DNA of 64,000 nt. Origin: Candidatus Obscuribacterales bacterium (GTDB taxonomy: Bacteria > Cyanobacteriota > Vampirovibrionia > Obscuribacterales > Obscuribacteraceae). Below the pieces are notes generated by a model. The model was not told the DNA's origin. It searched no databases and saw only the letters and a program-made list of their open reading frames with translations. Below are positions 39,496-50,200 of this stretch, in pieces. Made by a program: the position numbers and the translations under genes. The DNA lies in contig CBDDIJ010000002.1 in assembly GCA_965228855.1 (NCBI GenBank), positions 1,216,001 to 1,280,000 on the forward strand, read 5' to 3'. The first letter of the stretch is position 1, and each line of letters starts with the position of its first letter.

Positions 39496-42400
39496 CTATT
39501 TGTCTTTTTTAAATTCGACTTGAATTCTGTCTTCGTATTTAGAGGTGTCACGTTGCATCATATGGCGGAGAACGGCGGAGGAGAGAATGCCTATGGCGAG
39601 GACGCCGCCACCGATTGCTAGAGTTCGTCCAACGCGGCTTGTTCGTCCACGTTCGGCTTCGGTGGTCTCTGTTTTTAAGCCAAGTTGTGTTCGCAGGTTT
39701 GCGAAGAATTCAGCTTTGCATTCTTCTTTTGCTTCCGGGGGGAGTTGTTCGTAGCGCGTCTTTAGTTCGCGGAGCTCCTTTTGCTCCTCATCAGAGCGAG
39801 TTTTATCGGAGAGCATTTCGTCAATTACTTTTCCGAAGTCGCTGGTCTTGAACTCTTTTTCGACCCTGTCGAGGAACCGTGGAGCGTCGGCTTTTGCCAT
39901 TCTCGCCTTGATGCCGCCCGGAAGAGCGATTTCGATCATCTTACCGGCTTCCATTGCGGTGGCTGGACGTTCGACTTTCGGCTGCGCCTGCGAGCCTTGC
40001 TCAAAGGGAGAAGTCTCGATTGGTATTTCATCTATGTTGCCACCAGTGGTAGTGCGAAGTAGCGGATCCGGTTTCGCGGGAGCCGGCCTCGGAGCATCTG
40101 GTTTCGCGGCATCAGGTTTCGACGCATCAGGTTTCGTCGCATCAGGTTTCGAGACATCAGGTTTCGCGGCATCCGATTTAGGTGGCTCCGCTATTTCGGA
40201 CGGCGCATTCTGCGAGCCAGGTCTGGACGTTTCTGTCGCAGTGCCGGCGCGGTTGGTTTCACTTCCAGAGGGTCGTGGCTTAGATAAGTCTAGCTTGTCT
40301 TGTTCGCTAAACTCATGTTCTCCGCCGATTTCAATTTCCAGTGCACCATAGTCAAAGGTGCGAACTTCGACGCGCCCGTCGGGTGTGACATAGTTACCGA
40401 CCTGGCGGGATGCGGAGTCCACTGCGCGACCGAAGTCGCCCGTGTTCCCTTGCGCGCGTTTGACTGCTTTGATGAAATCTTGAACTTTTGCAGGATCTGG
40501 TGTTTCGCCGAACGGTTGGCGATAAACTATCCACTGCTTTCCTTCCGGGCCGATGAGCATCGGGCGCGGCTCGCCGCTATCGATGGATAGGAGGGGCATG
40601 TCCAATTGTCGGTGTCCCCAACTCGCGTCCCATTCGGTATTCGGTCGGAATTTCAATATGGTGCCATCGTTGAGACGCACTGCCAGACCTTCTGAGCCTG
40701 CAAACACCTCTGTCGCTTCGACACCCGGGAAATACTTTTCCAGAATTTTGTTCGTGTATTCTTTCGCGTTTTTCGTCATTGCGCTTTGATCGTACTGGCG
40801 AATCGCTTCGTTAGCCTGGTTGAATGCAGAGTCGGTGGCAGTGGTTCGTTGCTCGGCCGAAATTGGTGGACGCTGCATAGCTTCCGTCGGTTGAGCCGTC
40901 TTGGGCTTCATGTTTTCGACGTGGTCCTGAAGAGCCTCGACGCCATCGCTGTCCAGGAATGAAACCATTTCCTTCTTCAGGTAGGCCTTCATTGTCGAGT
41001 CCAGTTTCCCTGTTTTGTCGAGCTCAATCAGATCGTTCACGAGACGGTCGTAGTGCTTGTTACGGTTTTCTGGAGATCGAGCCAGCTTATACAATTTCTT
41101 GAGACCGGGTTGAATCTCTTCCGATGCCGTTTTGATCCTCTCGGACATCGGCAGTTTGTCGGTTTCAGCGGATTTTGGTTTTGACACGGCGGGCATGAAG
41201 TCACCGGTTGAATCAGCCGGTTTCGTAGTGCCGGGCAGGGCGTCACTGGCAGGAGCAGCGGGTTTCGCAGTGCCGGGCAGGGCGTCACTGGTAGCCGTAT
41301 CTGGTTTTGCGGTACCAGTTTTATTTGCCTCTGAAAGCGGCTCTGTCTTGGATTCTCCGGGTTGCAGAGCCGGTTTGGCTACGGTATCGCTGGCAGTGCC
41401 TGCTTCAGTCCTGGTTTCCCCACTAGTGCCGGTTTCTACTTTACTTTCGGTGGTGGTGTTGGTTTCGCTTGCGCCGGCAGCTGCGGCTCTTCGTGCACGG
41501 ATGGCTTCCAGTCTGCCTTTTGCAACTTTGTAACCCAGATAGAGGCAAGCTGCTGTCAGCACTGGACCGGTCACCACGTCGGATGTGTACGAAACGACCT
41601 TTTTGTCCTTCTCGAGATCTGTGGCTGCTTTTCCTAAATCTCGGGTCTCGAACTTTTTGTAACCGACCTGGAATTTGTCCATCGGTTTATTTGGATTGTC
41701 GCTGGCCGGTTTCAAGTCTCCACCTGGACTGTCCGACGGTGCAGGTTGCGGTTTGTTCTGGTGGTGAGCTTCAAACGCTTTCTTTAGATGATTCGCATAA
41801 TCAACGCTGAATTCAAGCTCCGGGCGTTTGGTTATCGCTTCTGTGAGAATGGCTTTGCCGCGTTTGAGCATTTCGGCGTCGCCCGACGCGATCATTGCCA
41901 GACCGCAATTGACGCGAGTAGAGCCAGGCGCGAGATGCTCTCTGTATTTGTTCCATTCGCTTTCCTTCGCAGCTTTATGTTCTGCGAGCAGTTTATCAAC
42001 GTTCTCCTCGCGAAGTTCTTTCGCGATGATTGAACGCTCTATGACAATTCGCTTACGGAAGAGTTCGGTCAGTTCTTCTGTAATCTTGTCCTGTGGCAGC
42101 CGGTCTGCCTCTCGTATAGCTGTTTCGAAGTGGGGAATCGCAGCTTTAATGCCGGTATCGGCATACGCTTCATTGGCTTTGTCCATGGCGGCGTCGACAG
42201 TGGTGTTATCGGCGGTGCCACCTCCGGACGTGGTCAACTTTAACTCACCGTCCCAGGCTGGCAGTCCACTGGACTTTCTGGAAGTTTCCATCTTGTGGTA
42301 AGCGGAGAGAATCTTGCGATTGAATGCCGCGTCAACCTGGAGTTCGGGGCGGCGAGCAACCGCCGCGAGCAGGGTTTTTTCGCCTTCCGCGATTTGCTTG

Positions 42401-43059
42401 TCCTCGCCTGTGCTGATTTTGGCTAGAGCAAGTTCAGCTCGGGCTAACGCCGGATCGAGGTATTTTGCGTAGTCTTGAAATTTCTCTGCATGGACGCGTA
42501 GATTCATTTCTGCAAGAGCTTCTCTGCGACCTTCGCCGACAGTCGGATTGGTGAGAAGTTCGATCAGGTCCAGACTCGCGGCCTGTCCCTGGGCAAGATG
42601 AGTTGTGGCACTCCGCGTGTCCGTTCTATCCGAGAGTTCAACGGCTTTCTCCAGCCAGGTTAGCGACTTTGAAAGTTCGGAATTGTCTGTGCGTAGTTCC
42701 GCTGACGGTGCGGGCGATGCTGGTTTGTCCGACTTAGTCTGTGCGAGTAAGGGATTTTCGGAGCCCACCGTTTCTGGCGGCGCGGCGTCAAACGCTTCCT
42801 TGGATTTCGGCTTCTCGTTTCGTTTGGGCGGGCCCCAGGCTTCTTGCGCCGAGATTTCCCATGCCGTCGGAGTATCGGTCTGAGTTCCGTCGGCGCGGTC
42901 TTCTTCTGCAAGGGGCGTATCTGCATGAGATACACCGGCACGGTCTGCTGCCGCCGCAAGAGTGAGCGTACCGACACGGTCCACCGCCGGTGGCGAATAT
43001 TCTGTTTCAGCAGTGTCGTTAGTAAGTTTGTGCTGTGGTGCCAAGTCTGAAAGATCCAT
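39496..43059 (-). CDS. Large multidomain protein: duplicated helical module, TM-like segment, low-complexity repeats, divergent kinase-like domain, C-terminal hydrophobic segment
   Basis: AGGAG RBS before the ATG at 43059; two ..G...L..A...RPEL modules; AGSEGLAV/ILKF/DYG motifs. Confidence 0.82.
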   Translation of the reverse strand: MDLSDLAPQHKLTNDTAETEYSPPAVDRVGTLTLAAAADRAGVSHADTPLAEEDRADGTQTDTPTAWEISAQEAWGPPKRNEKPKSKEAFDAAPPETVGSENPLLAQTKSDKPASPAPSAELRTDNSELSKSLTWLEKAVELSDRTDTRSATTHLAQGQAASLDLIELLTNPTVGEGRREALAEMNLRVHAEKFQDYAKYLDPALARAELALAKISTGEDKQIAEGEKTLLAAVARRPELQVDAAFNRKILSAYHKMETSRKSSGLPAWDGELKLTTSGGGTADNTTVDAAMDKANEAYADTGIKAAIPHFETAIREADRLPQDKITEELTELFRKRIVIERSIIAKELREENVDKLLAEHKAAKESEWNKYREHLAPGSTRVNCGLAMIASGDAEMLKRGKAILTEAITKRPELEFSVDYANHLKKAFEAHHQNKPQPAPSDSPGGDLKPASDNPNKPMDKFQVGYKKFETRDLGKAATDLEKDKKVVSYTSDVVTGPVLTAACLYLGYKVAKGRLEAIRARRAAAAGASETNTTTESKVETGTSGETRTEAGTASDTVAKPALQPGESKTEPLSEANKTGTAKPDTATSDALPGTAKPAAPASDALPGTTKPADSTGDFMPAVSKPKSAETDKLPMSERIKTASEEIQPGLKKLYKLARSPENRNKHYDRLVNDLIELDKTGKLDSTMKAYLKKEMVSFLDSDGVEALQDHVENMKPKTAQPTEAMQRPPISAEQRTTATDSAFNQANEAIRQYDQSAMTKNAKEYTNKILEKYFPGVEATEVFAGSEGLAVRLNDGTILKFRPNTEWDASWGHRQLDMPLLSIDSGEPRPMLIGPEGKQWIVYRQPFGETPDPAKVQDFIKAVKRAQGNTGDFGRAVDSASRQVGNYVTPDGRVEVRTFDYGALEIEIGGEHEFSEQDKLDLSKPRPSGSETNRAGTATETSRPGSQNAPSEIAEPPKSDAAKPDVSKPDATKPDASKPDAAKPDAPRPAPAKPDPLLRTTTGGNIDEIPIETSPFEQGSQAQPKVERPATAMEAGKMIEIALPGGIKARMAKADAPRFLDRVEKEFKTSDFGKVIDEMLSDKTRSDEEQKELRELKTRYEQLPPEAKEECKAEFFANLRTQLGLKTETTEAERGRTSRVGRTLAIGGGVLAIGILSSAVLRHMMQRDTSKYEDRIQVEFKKDK
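40094..40173. repeat. 15-bp coding tandem repeat, about 5 copies (xKPDA pentapeptide)
   Basis: GCATCAGGTTTCGnn units, in frame within 39496-43059. Confidence 0.9.
41219..41291. repeat. 42-bp-period coding repeat (T.KP....SDALPG)
   Basis: GGTTTCGYAGTGCCGGGCAGGGCGTCACTGG at 41219 and 41261; more degenerate units on both sides. Confidence 0.85.
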
Positions 43060-43515
43060 TGGATATCTCCTGAAGTGTGCGCGCAAAGGCAAAGCCGTAT
43101 TGACCGGTTTTGGGTGGGTTGGTCGTCATCTTTGGACGTAATGGATCAGGACTGCAACAAATTCAGCTTGCGTTGCTCCAGGGTATATACAGCCAGCGTC
43201 ATAACTTGGACAATTTTTGCCGCTTATTTTGCTCGAAACTTTGGATATTGCACCGTCTTGCATGCTTGGTGGATATGCGGTTCTCGCCATAGTGGTGTTG
43301 TATCTGGTGACTGTTCGATATAAGCTGCAAGGTGCAAGATCCGCGAACCAGATGTGGTATCACTGTCGCTTGTCAAATTTCTAGTGTATGATGTTGGTCG
43401 AATTCGGCTCTAACTGTGACTTTTATTAGATCGCGTTCACTCGGAAACTTTACCGATATTGCGAACGACTAGAGCTTGGTGAAACTACCGGTGATATCAT
43501 CAGCGAGGTTGGATT

Positions 43516-44520
43516 TTGGACGACTATTATTACAGCGACCAGGACGAAAGCGTTTCCGAGATTCGTGAAACATTGCCTGCTCAAATGGAAGACGGTGTTT
43601 CATACAACCTCCAGGTCGAAACAAAAGTTGAGAACTTCGTTTCAAGAACTTTCCATCTGGATCCACTTGGTGATGCTGGTATTGCAAAAGGTTTCCGTTC
43701 GGATATCTTCGAGAAGCTAAAGAGTGTAAAATTCCCTTCGGAAGTCGCCCAAATGACAGACGCGGATTGTCCAGGTGAGGTCGACCTCGCCGAGGATGGC
43801 GATGATGAAGCCGATTCCGCTGCCGGAGAAGACAGAATCCGCCCCGGAATTAACTCCCCGCAAGTCAGATACGAAACCCTCTGTAACGTGACCACCCGTA
43901 ACAATCAGAAATCCTTTCTCGACCTCTTTCCAAACCGGTTTGCTTCGTGCATCAAACGAGGCAAGGACGGCGACTGGAGAGAAACCAGTCAGTTTCATCA
44001 CCTGTCCGATGAGGAGATGATCGAGTCGATTGAGGGAAGAGCGCCGTTTCTTCGCGCTTGCATGGCTGACAAGGAAACCAGGCTCATCGTCGTGATGATT
44101 GAGCGAGATAGCTACTACCGGACAGTCGAAGGGCTTGCCAAGATTCGCGATTGCTTGCAGTGTATCGGTGTCAATCAGCTTAAGCTGTTCGTCTCGGATG
44201 AATCAGAACAGTGGCAACTGTTCGGTTTCTTCTCCAAGCCGGTCAGCTCCACCAGAATTTCGTCTTTACTGTCATCGTGGCTGCGCCGTAACGGAATTGT
44301 CCCCGGCACCGCCGGCGTGAGCCTGTTTCCGGGACCGGACCCGTTCTGTTTCCCGCTGCAGAAGGGTTTTGCCTGGATTAACGACACCGGTCACACGATT
44401 GTCGCGCGCAACGAAGTTTCACCGGAAGCGGCGCTGGCGTTGTTTATCGCGGACATGGAAAGAACTGAGATTGACGGCGAAGAGCTGATCGAGAGGCTCG
44501 ATCAGGTTCTCAACCAATAG
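43516..44520 (+). CDS. Hypothetical protein resembling an AEP primase/plasmid Rep domain with substituted catalytic motifs
   Basis: LFPNRF...W.....HHLSD, VVMIERDS.Y, S.ESEQWQLF.FF, G...G..SLFP, FPLQ.GF follow the recalled family spacing. Confidence 0.6.
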   Translation: MDDYYYSDQDESVSEIRETLPAQMEDGVSYNLQVETKVENFVSRTFHLDPLGDAGIAKGFRSDIFEKLKSVKFPSEVAQMTDADCPGEVDLAEDGDDEADSAAGEDRIRPGINSPQVRYETLCNVTTRNNQKSFLDLFPNRFASCIKRGKDGDWRETSQFHHLSDEEMIESIEGRAPFLRACMADKETRLIVVMIERDSYYRTVEGLAKIRDCLQCIGVNQLKLFVSDESEQWQLFGFFSKPVSSTRISSLLSSWLRRNGIVPGTAGVSLFPGPDPFCFPLQKGFAWINDTGHTIVARNEVSPEAALALFIADMERTEIDGEELIERLDQVLNQ

Positions 44521-44730
44521 CATTCGAGGGGTCTGGTAAAAGGCTTCCGTCTGGTTCTCAAATCAATAAACGTTGGCAAGGATCGAACGCTCCCTGTTTT
44601 GACAAATGATTTCAAGTGTTGGGCATAAATGATCCAGCACTGATAAACTTGGTTTGTTGCAAACGCCTGGTGAAAGACTACTTTCCCTCCGTAAATCTGG
44701 AAACCGCCGCAAGCCTGCGTCGAGGAAACA

Positions 44731-45429
44731 ATGACCCAGCAAGACCTAACACCTCCCGCTGATTTCAGCATGTACGACAAAGTCCGCGAAGATCTGAAAA
44801 AGCGCCGGCCACTACTGGCTGCCACCTTCCAGGGAGATCCGGAAATACTTGCTCGAGTGCGCGAATACGAGCAGCGCTCGGCAGATGTGGCGCAACAAGT
44901 GGGTCTTGTCGCCGCCAAAGGTGAAGATATAGAACGATTGGCGCTGCTCGATCCGGTCACGGAGTTGTATAACCATAGAACTTTCGTTAAGGAACTGAAG
45001 GCTGAGATGGCACGTTCGCGGCGCTACAGTCAGCGCGTCTCGGTTTGCACGCTGATTGTCGATGAGTTTGAACAAATTGGCGCCGACTACGGACCGCTCA
45101 CTCAGGATGCGGTATTGAAGGTGGTGGCGCTTGTGATTCGCAATTCTACTCGCGAAGTCGATATTCCCGCTCGTTATGCGCCCTGGCAGTTCGCTATCGT
45201 GCTTCCCCAGACAAATGCTGCCGGCGCAGCACTTGTTGCTGAACGCATTCGTCAACGTGTGGCCAGTCAGGTCTTTTCACACAACTGGAAGAACTTCTCG
45301 ATCACAGCAAGCATAGGGGTAGCGACCTTTCCGGAGCATGCGCCCGAGTATGATGAACTGGTCGCTCGCTCGATTGAAGCAATGGAATGCGCTGTCGATC
45401 GAGGCGGCGATCGCGTGTTTTCGTTCTAA
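44731..45429 (+). CDS. Degenerate GGDEF-domain protein
   Basis: LDPVTELYNHR...F, RY-APWQF in place of RY-GGEEF; RxxD (REVD) retained; ITASIGVA; GAGG RBS. Confidence 0.9.
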   Translation: MTQQDLTPPADFSMYDKVREDLKKRRPLLAATFQGDPEILARVREYEQRSADVAQQVGLVAAKGEDIERLALLDPVTELYNHRTFVKELKAEMARSRRYSQRVSVCTLIVDEFEQIGADYGPLTQDAVLKVVALVIRNSTREVDIPARYAPWQFAIVLPQTNAAGAALVAERIRQRVASQVFSHNWKNFSITASIGVATFPEHAPEYDELVARSIEAMECAVDRGGDRVFSF

Positions 45430-45474
45430 TTCGGCTTACGCAATAGCGTTCTAAATCCTCTTGCCGTCAGGTGT

Positions 45475-47142
45475 TTATTCAACTGTCGAGGTGGGAGGCT
45501 TCAGCTCATCCTGGTCTTTCGGAGCGCCTGTCATGCGCTTCTTGAACAGATAAGAGCCCTCATCTTCTGCGACAACTTCCCAGAGTGGTTCTCGTTTTAA
45601 TGCCTCTGCAAACGCATAAGGGTCAAAACCGACACGTTTTGGAACAAGAATCCATTCCACTTTGATGTCGTCCAGACGCTTCTGCCATCCTGGTCTGAGC
45701 TGTACGATTGAACCGTAGCGATTGTAGAATTCTTCGCCAAAGAAATCGGCACGATCGTCTATGTAGACGCGCTGATCCAATTTGTATCTCAGTAAACCAC
45801 CCCAGTTATCGTAGTTGAAACCCTTATCGTATGGCAGTTGTGCAGTCTTTATGTATTCCAGAGTCGTTGTTGGCATATCGACCGGGCTGAATCCGGACTT
45901 CAGAAGTTTGGTATCGCCGAAGCCACCACCGATTATCGCTACCACAGAGAGGAAGCTGACGTAACAGATAGGTAGAATGCGCATCTTGCAGAACTGTTCT
46001 TGTGCAGCGAATTCGCGGAATGGTCTGGCGAATTGATCGATAGGTCTTTTCAGCAGTGGAAACACTTCCGAGAGCGGTCGGTTTGTATCATCCAATCGGG
46101 TTTTTGCAAACAGTAGACCAATTGCCGGAACCGAGACAATTGCGAATAGCGGAATGCTTCGCACCGCTGAAAGCGCCATGTGCATCACGAAAAGAGTTAC
46201 AGCAAAATATGGAAGACTTGGACGTTTCTTGCCCACTGCCAGACCTGCCAATAGAAAGGCAATTAAAATTTCGAAGCAGATCGAATGTATGTCATCTAAA
46301 TGGAAGACCGGCGACCGAAACTCATCTGTGTTCGCTAAAATCGTGCTGCCTTTGAGATATTCGAGTATGTAGCCGTGGAGCTTTACTCCGTAAGGGTTTA
46401 TAAGAGTAGTCAGTGAGGCGATTGCGCCACCGATGAAGAAGGTTTTTACCCGAACAAAATTGGCCGCCTTCTGAACGCTTTCAGAGCAAAACCAGTTCGC
46501 TAGAGCGCTCAAGAAATAAATGCCTATTAGAACTATTCCGAGCGGGAATGCCGGATGGCAGTTGACCCAGAGTAACATAAGCAGACCGAGATAGAGCCAG
46601 AGCCTGGTACCGCTGATGGTGCCGCGATAGTAATCTTCCAGTTTCTTCAGGTAGAAGAAAACGCAAACGAGCGTGACTATGTGCGGTCGCGCCAGCCAAT
46701 GTATGGCGGAGGCGAGGATGCCGAAAATAGATACGGTGGTCGTCAGTCCAAGGGGACCGCCATCGGCGCGGGCGCGATCATACATCTTGACCAGCACAAA
46801 TGCGATGGTAGTGGCAACGCCTATCGCCAGCAAGTTTAAACCGCCGGCCATGGTAAGCAGGTAGGCAATCAGGTCGAAAAGCCATTCATAAGCGACCCAG
46901 GCCTTCTCAGGAAATGTGTATGAGAACAAATCGGTAGTCGGAATCGCGCGGTTCTCGAAGATCCACTTGCCGGCCGTCAGGTGCCAGCCTACGGAGGCGT
47001 CTTGAAACATGAAGTCGGGACGTCCAAACAGGAGGACGTGCATGATGCCGATGAAAAGCAGGTCTCCGACGTCCGGCAGCGGAAGCAACTTTGGCTTCTG
47101 CGAGATTGTGTCAGTTTGGGATGTGGTCGTTTCTTCGGTCAC
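45475..47142 (-). CDS. Polytopic membrane protein, possibly a GT-C-type glycosyltransferase
   Basis: About 11-13 TMs; D..WHL..G.WI.....P..D.FSYT....W...EWL loop, ARPH, LWVNCH, C-terminal VYIDDRADFF domain. Confidence 0.6.
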   Translation of the reverse strand: MTEETTTSQTDTISQKPKLLPLPDVGDLLFIGIMHVLLFGRPDFMFQDASVGWHLTAGKWIFENRAIPTTDLFSYTFPEKAWVAYEWLFDLIAYLLTMAGGLNLLAIGVATTIAFVLVKMYDRARADGGPLGLTTTVSIFGILASAIHWLARPHIVTLVCVFFYLKKLEDYYRGTISGTRLWLYLGLLMLLWVNCHPAFPLGIVLIGIYFLSALANWFCSESVQKAANFVRVKTFFIGGAIASLTTLINPYGVKLHGYILEYLKGSTILANTDEFRSPVFHLDDIHSICFEILIAFLLAGLAVGKKRPSLPYFAVTLFVMHMALSAVRSIPLFAIVSVPAIGLLFAKTRLDDTNRPLSEVFPLLKRPIDQFARPFREFAAQEQFCKMRILPICYVSFLSVVAIIGGGFGDTKLLKSGFSPVDMPTTTLEYIKTAQLPYDKGFNYDNWGGLLRYKLDQRVYIDDRADFFGEEFYNRYGSIVQLRPGWQKRLDDIKVEWILVPKRVGFDPYAFAEALKREPLWEVVAEDEGSYLFKKRMTGAPKDQDELKPPTSTVE

Positions 47143-47209
47143 GCGAAAACTATGAGAAGTCGTCTCTCAAATCTTGTGCCCAGTATTATGTTTAAGCAAG
47201 CTGTGGGTG

Positions 47210-50200
47210 TCAGGTAATTAAGCCCAGTGCTTGAGAATGGTAGAGCACAGCATCGTTACCCTCGGTCTCAGCCCAGATGCGACCGATAGATTTTAACTCC
47301 TTCTGACCGCGGTAAAAACCAATTTGACGGAGCAGGATTCTGAACGCCTCGCTGTTCCGGTCATTGGTCATTTTAAGGAGTTCTAAGATGATATCTCGGT
47401 TTGCGCTATCTGAGGTGACTATCTCTAAAGCCACAGCTCCGAACGCATCTTGCAGATCTGTCTTTAACAGAGACTTGCACAGCGGTACGAGGTGTCTGGC
47501 GAAACCGCAAGCAGAAATGCTTTTCGCAACCGAAATTAACGGGCGAAGGTTGCGAGTCGCGGCAACATTCAAGAGAAAACTTTCGAGCAGTTCCATATTG
47601 TTTTCTTGAACCGCGTCACAGCAGATTTGTACGATTCTCTCCAGGTCATTTTTCTGAGCCAGTTCGAGAAGCCACGTTCTAGCAAATGAGACATATTCTT
47701 GCTTGTTTAGCGTCTCAATCGCTGAGCGAACGCCGCTGCCATTTTGGAATAATGCCAGTCGCTTCAGTGCGGCTATATTCAAGGTCGCAAGGGTGCTTAG
47801 ATTCGTTTCCAGACCAGGTTTGTTTTCGATGGTATCGCGATAGGTGCCCAGTGCGCGATCGCATAGAGCAACAGTTTCAGTCAGAAGTGCTGTCCGAGCG
47901 GAGGCGGTGGTTCCAGCTGCGGCAAACTCAGCCAGGACTTTGACGAGTTCTTTGTCGCTAGACATGGCCGCGATATGTATGAGTGCTGCTCCTGATCTGA
48001 TGTCCCCTGTTCTTACAATCGAAGTAATCGTTTCCTTTGAAGGAAACATCTGACTGGTGTTTAAGACCGACAGTCCGCAATTATCTATGAGACGATGGAT
48101 GACATTTGTTTTTGAGAATGCTTTCAAGCTCTGCAGAACAACTGCGGCTGAGTCTGGATTGTCCAGTTCCATTATGGGGCGTGCCAATGCGGTCAACTCG
48201 TCATCGGATAAAACTCTGACAAGTTGAATAGTGAGCAGTCTCAAGGTTTCGGATAGTTCCGGCTTGGTAGCCAGCTCCTGTACTAGTGGTATCACAATTG
48301 GTGACTTGCCGCTTGCCAGTAATTTTGTAAAGATTGGAATAATCAGCTCGGGCGGTAGGCATGCGGCCATTCTTCTGAGTACGAGCATGAGCGTGCCTGC
48401 ATCGAACTCCAGCATTGCCAGGGTGACTTCGGATAAAAGTCTCGAATCGTTTTTCAGCTCGGGTTCGAGCAACAGCAGGGCAAGTTTGGGAACGCGAGCC
48501 GGAGTATATGATGTGCGAAGCAGAATCTCAAATTGTTTGCCTATCTGGGTTTCGATAGCGATGGTCCTTATGCACAGCAACGCACGCAAGTGTTTTGCGG
48601 CCTCTTTCAAGTTGCCGGACAACCTTCCGTCGTTTTCCAAGATGCAGGTGTCCAGTATCGCGACGAGTTTTTCCGCGCTTTCTTCTGCGGCCGGCAGCAG
48701 CAAGGCAATTAGCGTTTCCGGCTCCATGCCCCAAGTCCGCAAACTGCGCACAACTGCTTCCAGGTCGCTAAAGTCGTCGCTGCTGGCGAGGTTTAGAATA
48801 AATGTTTTTAGATCGTCTATGCTACTGTATTCTACAAATGTTCTCACGAAGTTCGAGAGCTGATGCACGTCTTGTTTGCGCATCCATTCGAGCAAGTGAG
48901 GGGCGATCTCGTCGCGCATCATCATCATGGCTACAGGACCAGTGTCTTCCAGATACTCGCGGATACTGTTGATTGCGTCGAGGTTTCTTATAATGCCTTC
49001 GGTGGTAGCGCCCGATTTGTTCTTCTGAATTTCCTGCGTCAACTCTCTGTCCAGGCAATCTGCTGCGTGTAGCAGCGCTTGAACAGTTAATGGCGTCATT
49101 GTTTCATCTGCGGCGTTCTGTTCTGCTTCCAATTTTGCGAAGAGCGTCAAAAACTGATGCGGCGCCTGGATTGCAACCGTCGTGAACACTAAAGATAAAG
49201 GCAGGAGTTTTTCTTCGTCCCGGAGACAACCGGCTATCACTGTCAGAAGGCGAGCGTCTCTTTGAGCGATTAAAAATTCGAGCAAGATATGAGCGTTGAG
49301 TTTGTCCGGTGAGAAGAATGTTTCCGACAGAATATTCCAGATCTGTTCATCACTAAACGAACTGAGTGAGTCGAAAAGTTCTCGCTCCAGATCGATGCCA
49401 TAGTCCACGGATAATCGAAGCGCTACGGAGTAACAGTTCAAAGCCGCATCCAGGCGCTTGCGTTTTTTCAGCAAGTCAGCAAGTTCGATTACAACCTCGC
49501 GCACACATTCTTTGGGAACGACGCCACTGGTAGTCGAGACTATCGGCGAGGATAAAATGCTTGAGATGTCCACAGAAGACTCGATACAATCTGCCAGATA
49601 GTTCAAATTTTTTAGGTGGTTCTGTTGGAAGGATCCCCAATCGGCATGGTTATACACAAGTCGTTCACTTCTTTTTATGGATGAGCCCGTCATGCGGTTT
49701 GTTTGCAAGCAGCACGCGCTGAATACGGCTTGAGAGCCGACACCTTTGATACCGGAGGTGATGGCATTTCGTCCGACCTCCTGAAACAGCGCCAGCGCTT
49801 GCCCGAAATCGCTATTCTTTAGGTAAAGACCAGCCAGTCCCAGCATCGCTTCCGAATGTTGCGGTGTCATCTCAATCGTTGTTCGGTTGCTGGACTGGTC
49901 CAGCACAAGTTTGGCGCAGACCAGTACATCGCTCCAGCGAGATTCCTTCGCCTTTTGCATCTCGATTCCTAATGAAGCAAGCATTTCAAAAGTGCTGGTT
50001 CTTTGCAAAAAGAGGTTTCTAAGTTCGGCTTCGATAGCTTTGCCAAACTCAGCACCTGGTTTCCACAGATCCTTTATGAGCTTGTGGGCGCCAGTGACAT
50101 CGCCGGTTTCGTAGCGAATAGCCGCAAGGCAAAGCGCGGCTCTCAATGCTCTGGTTTGTGTATTGGCTGTTTTACTCGCAAGCAAGAAATAGTTGCCCGC

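Noticed and set aside
40094..40173. Regular short repeats as a possible CRISPR array
   Set aside because: 15-bp period, no spacers, in frame within a CDS, and no cas genes in the window.
43093..43515. Long intergenic region between divergent genes
   Set aside because: No convincing ORF, repeat or stable structure seen; probably promoter sequence.
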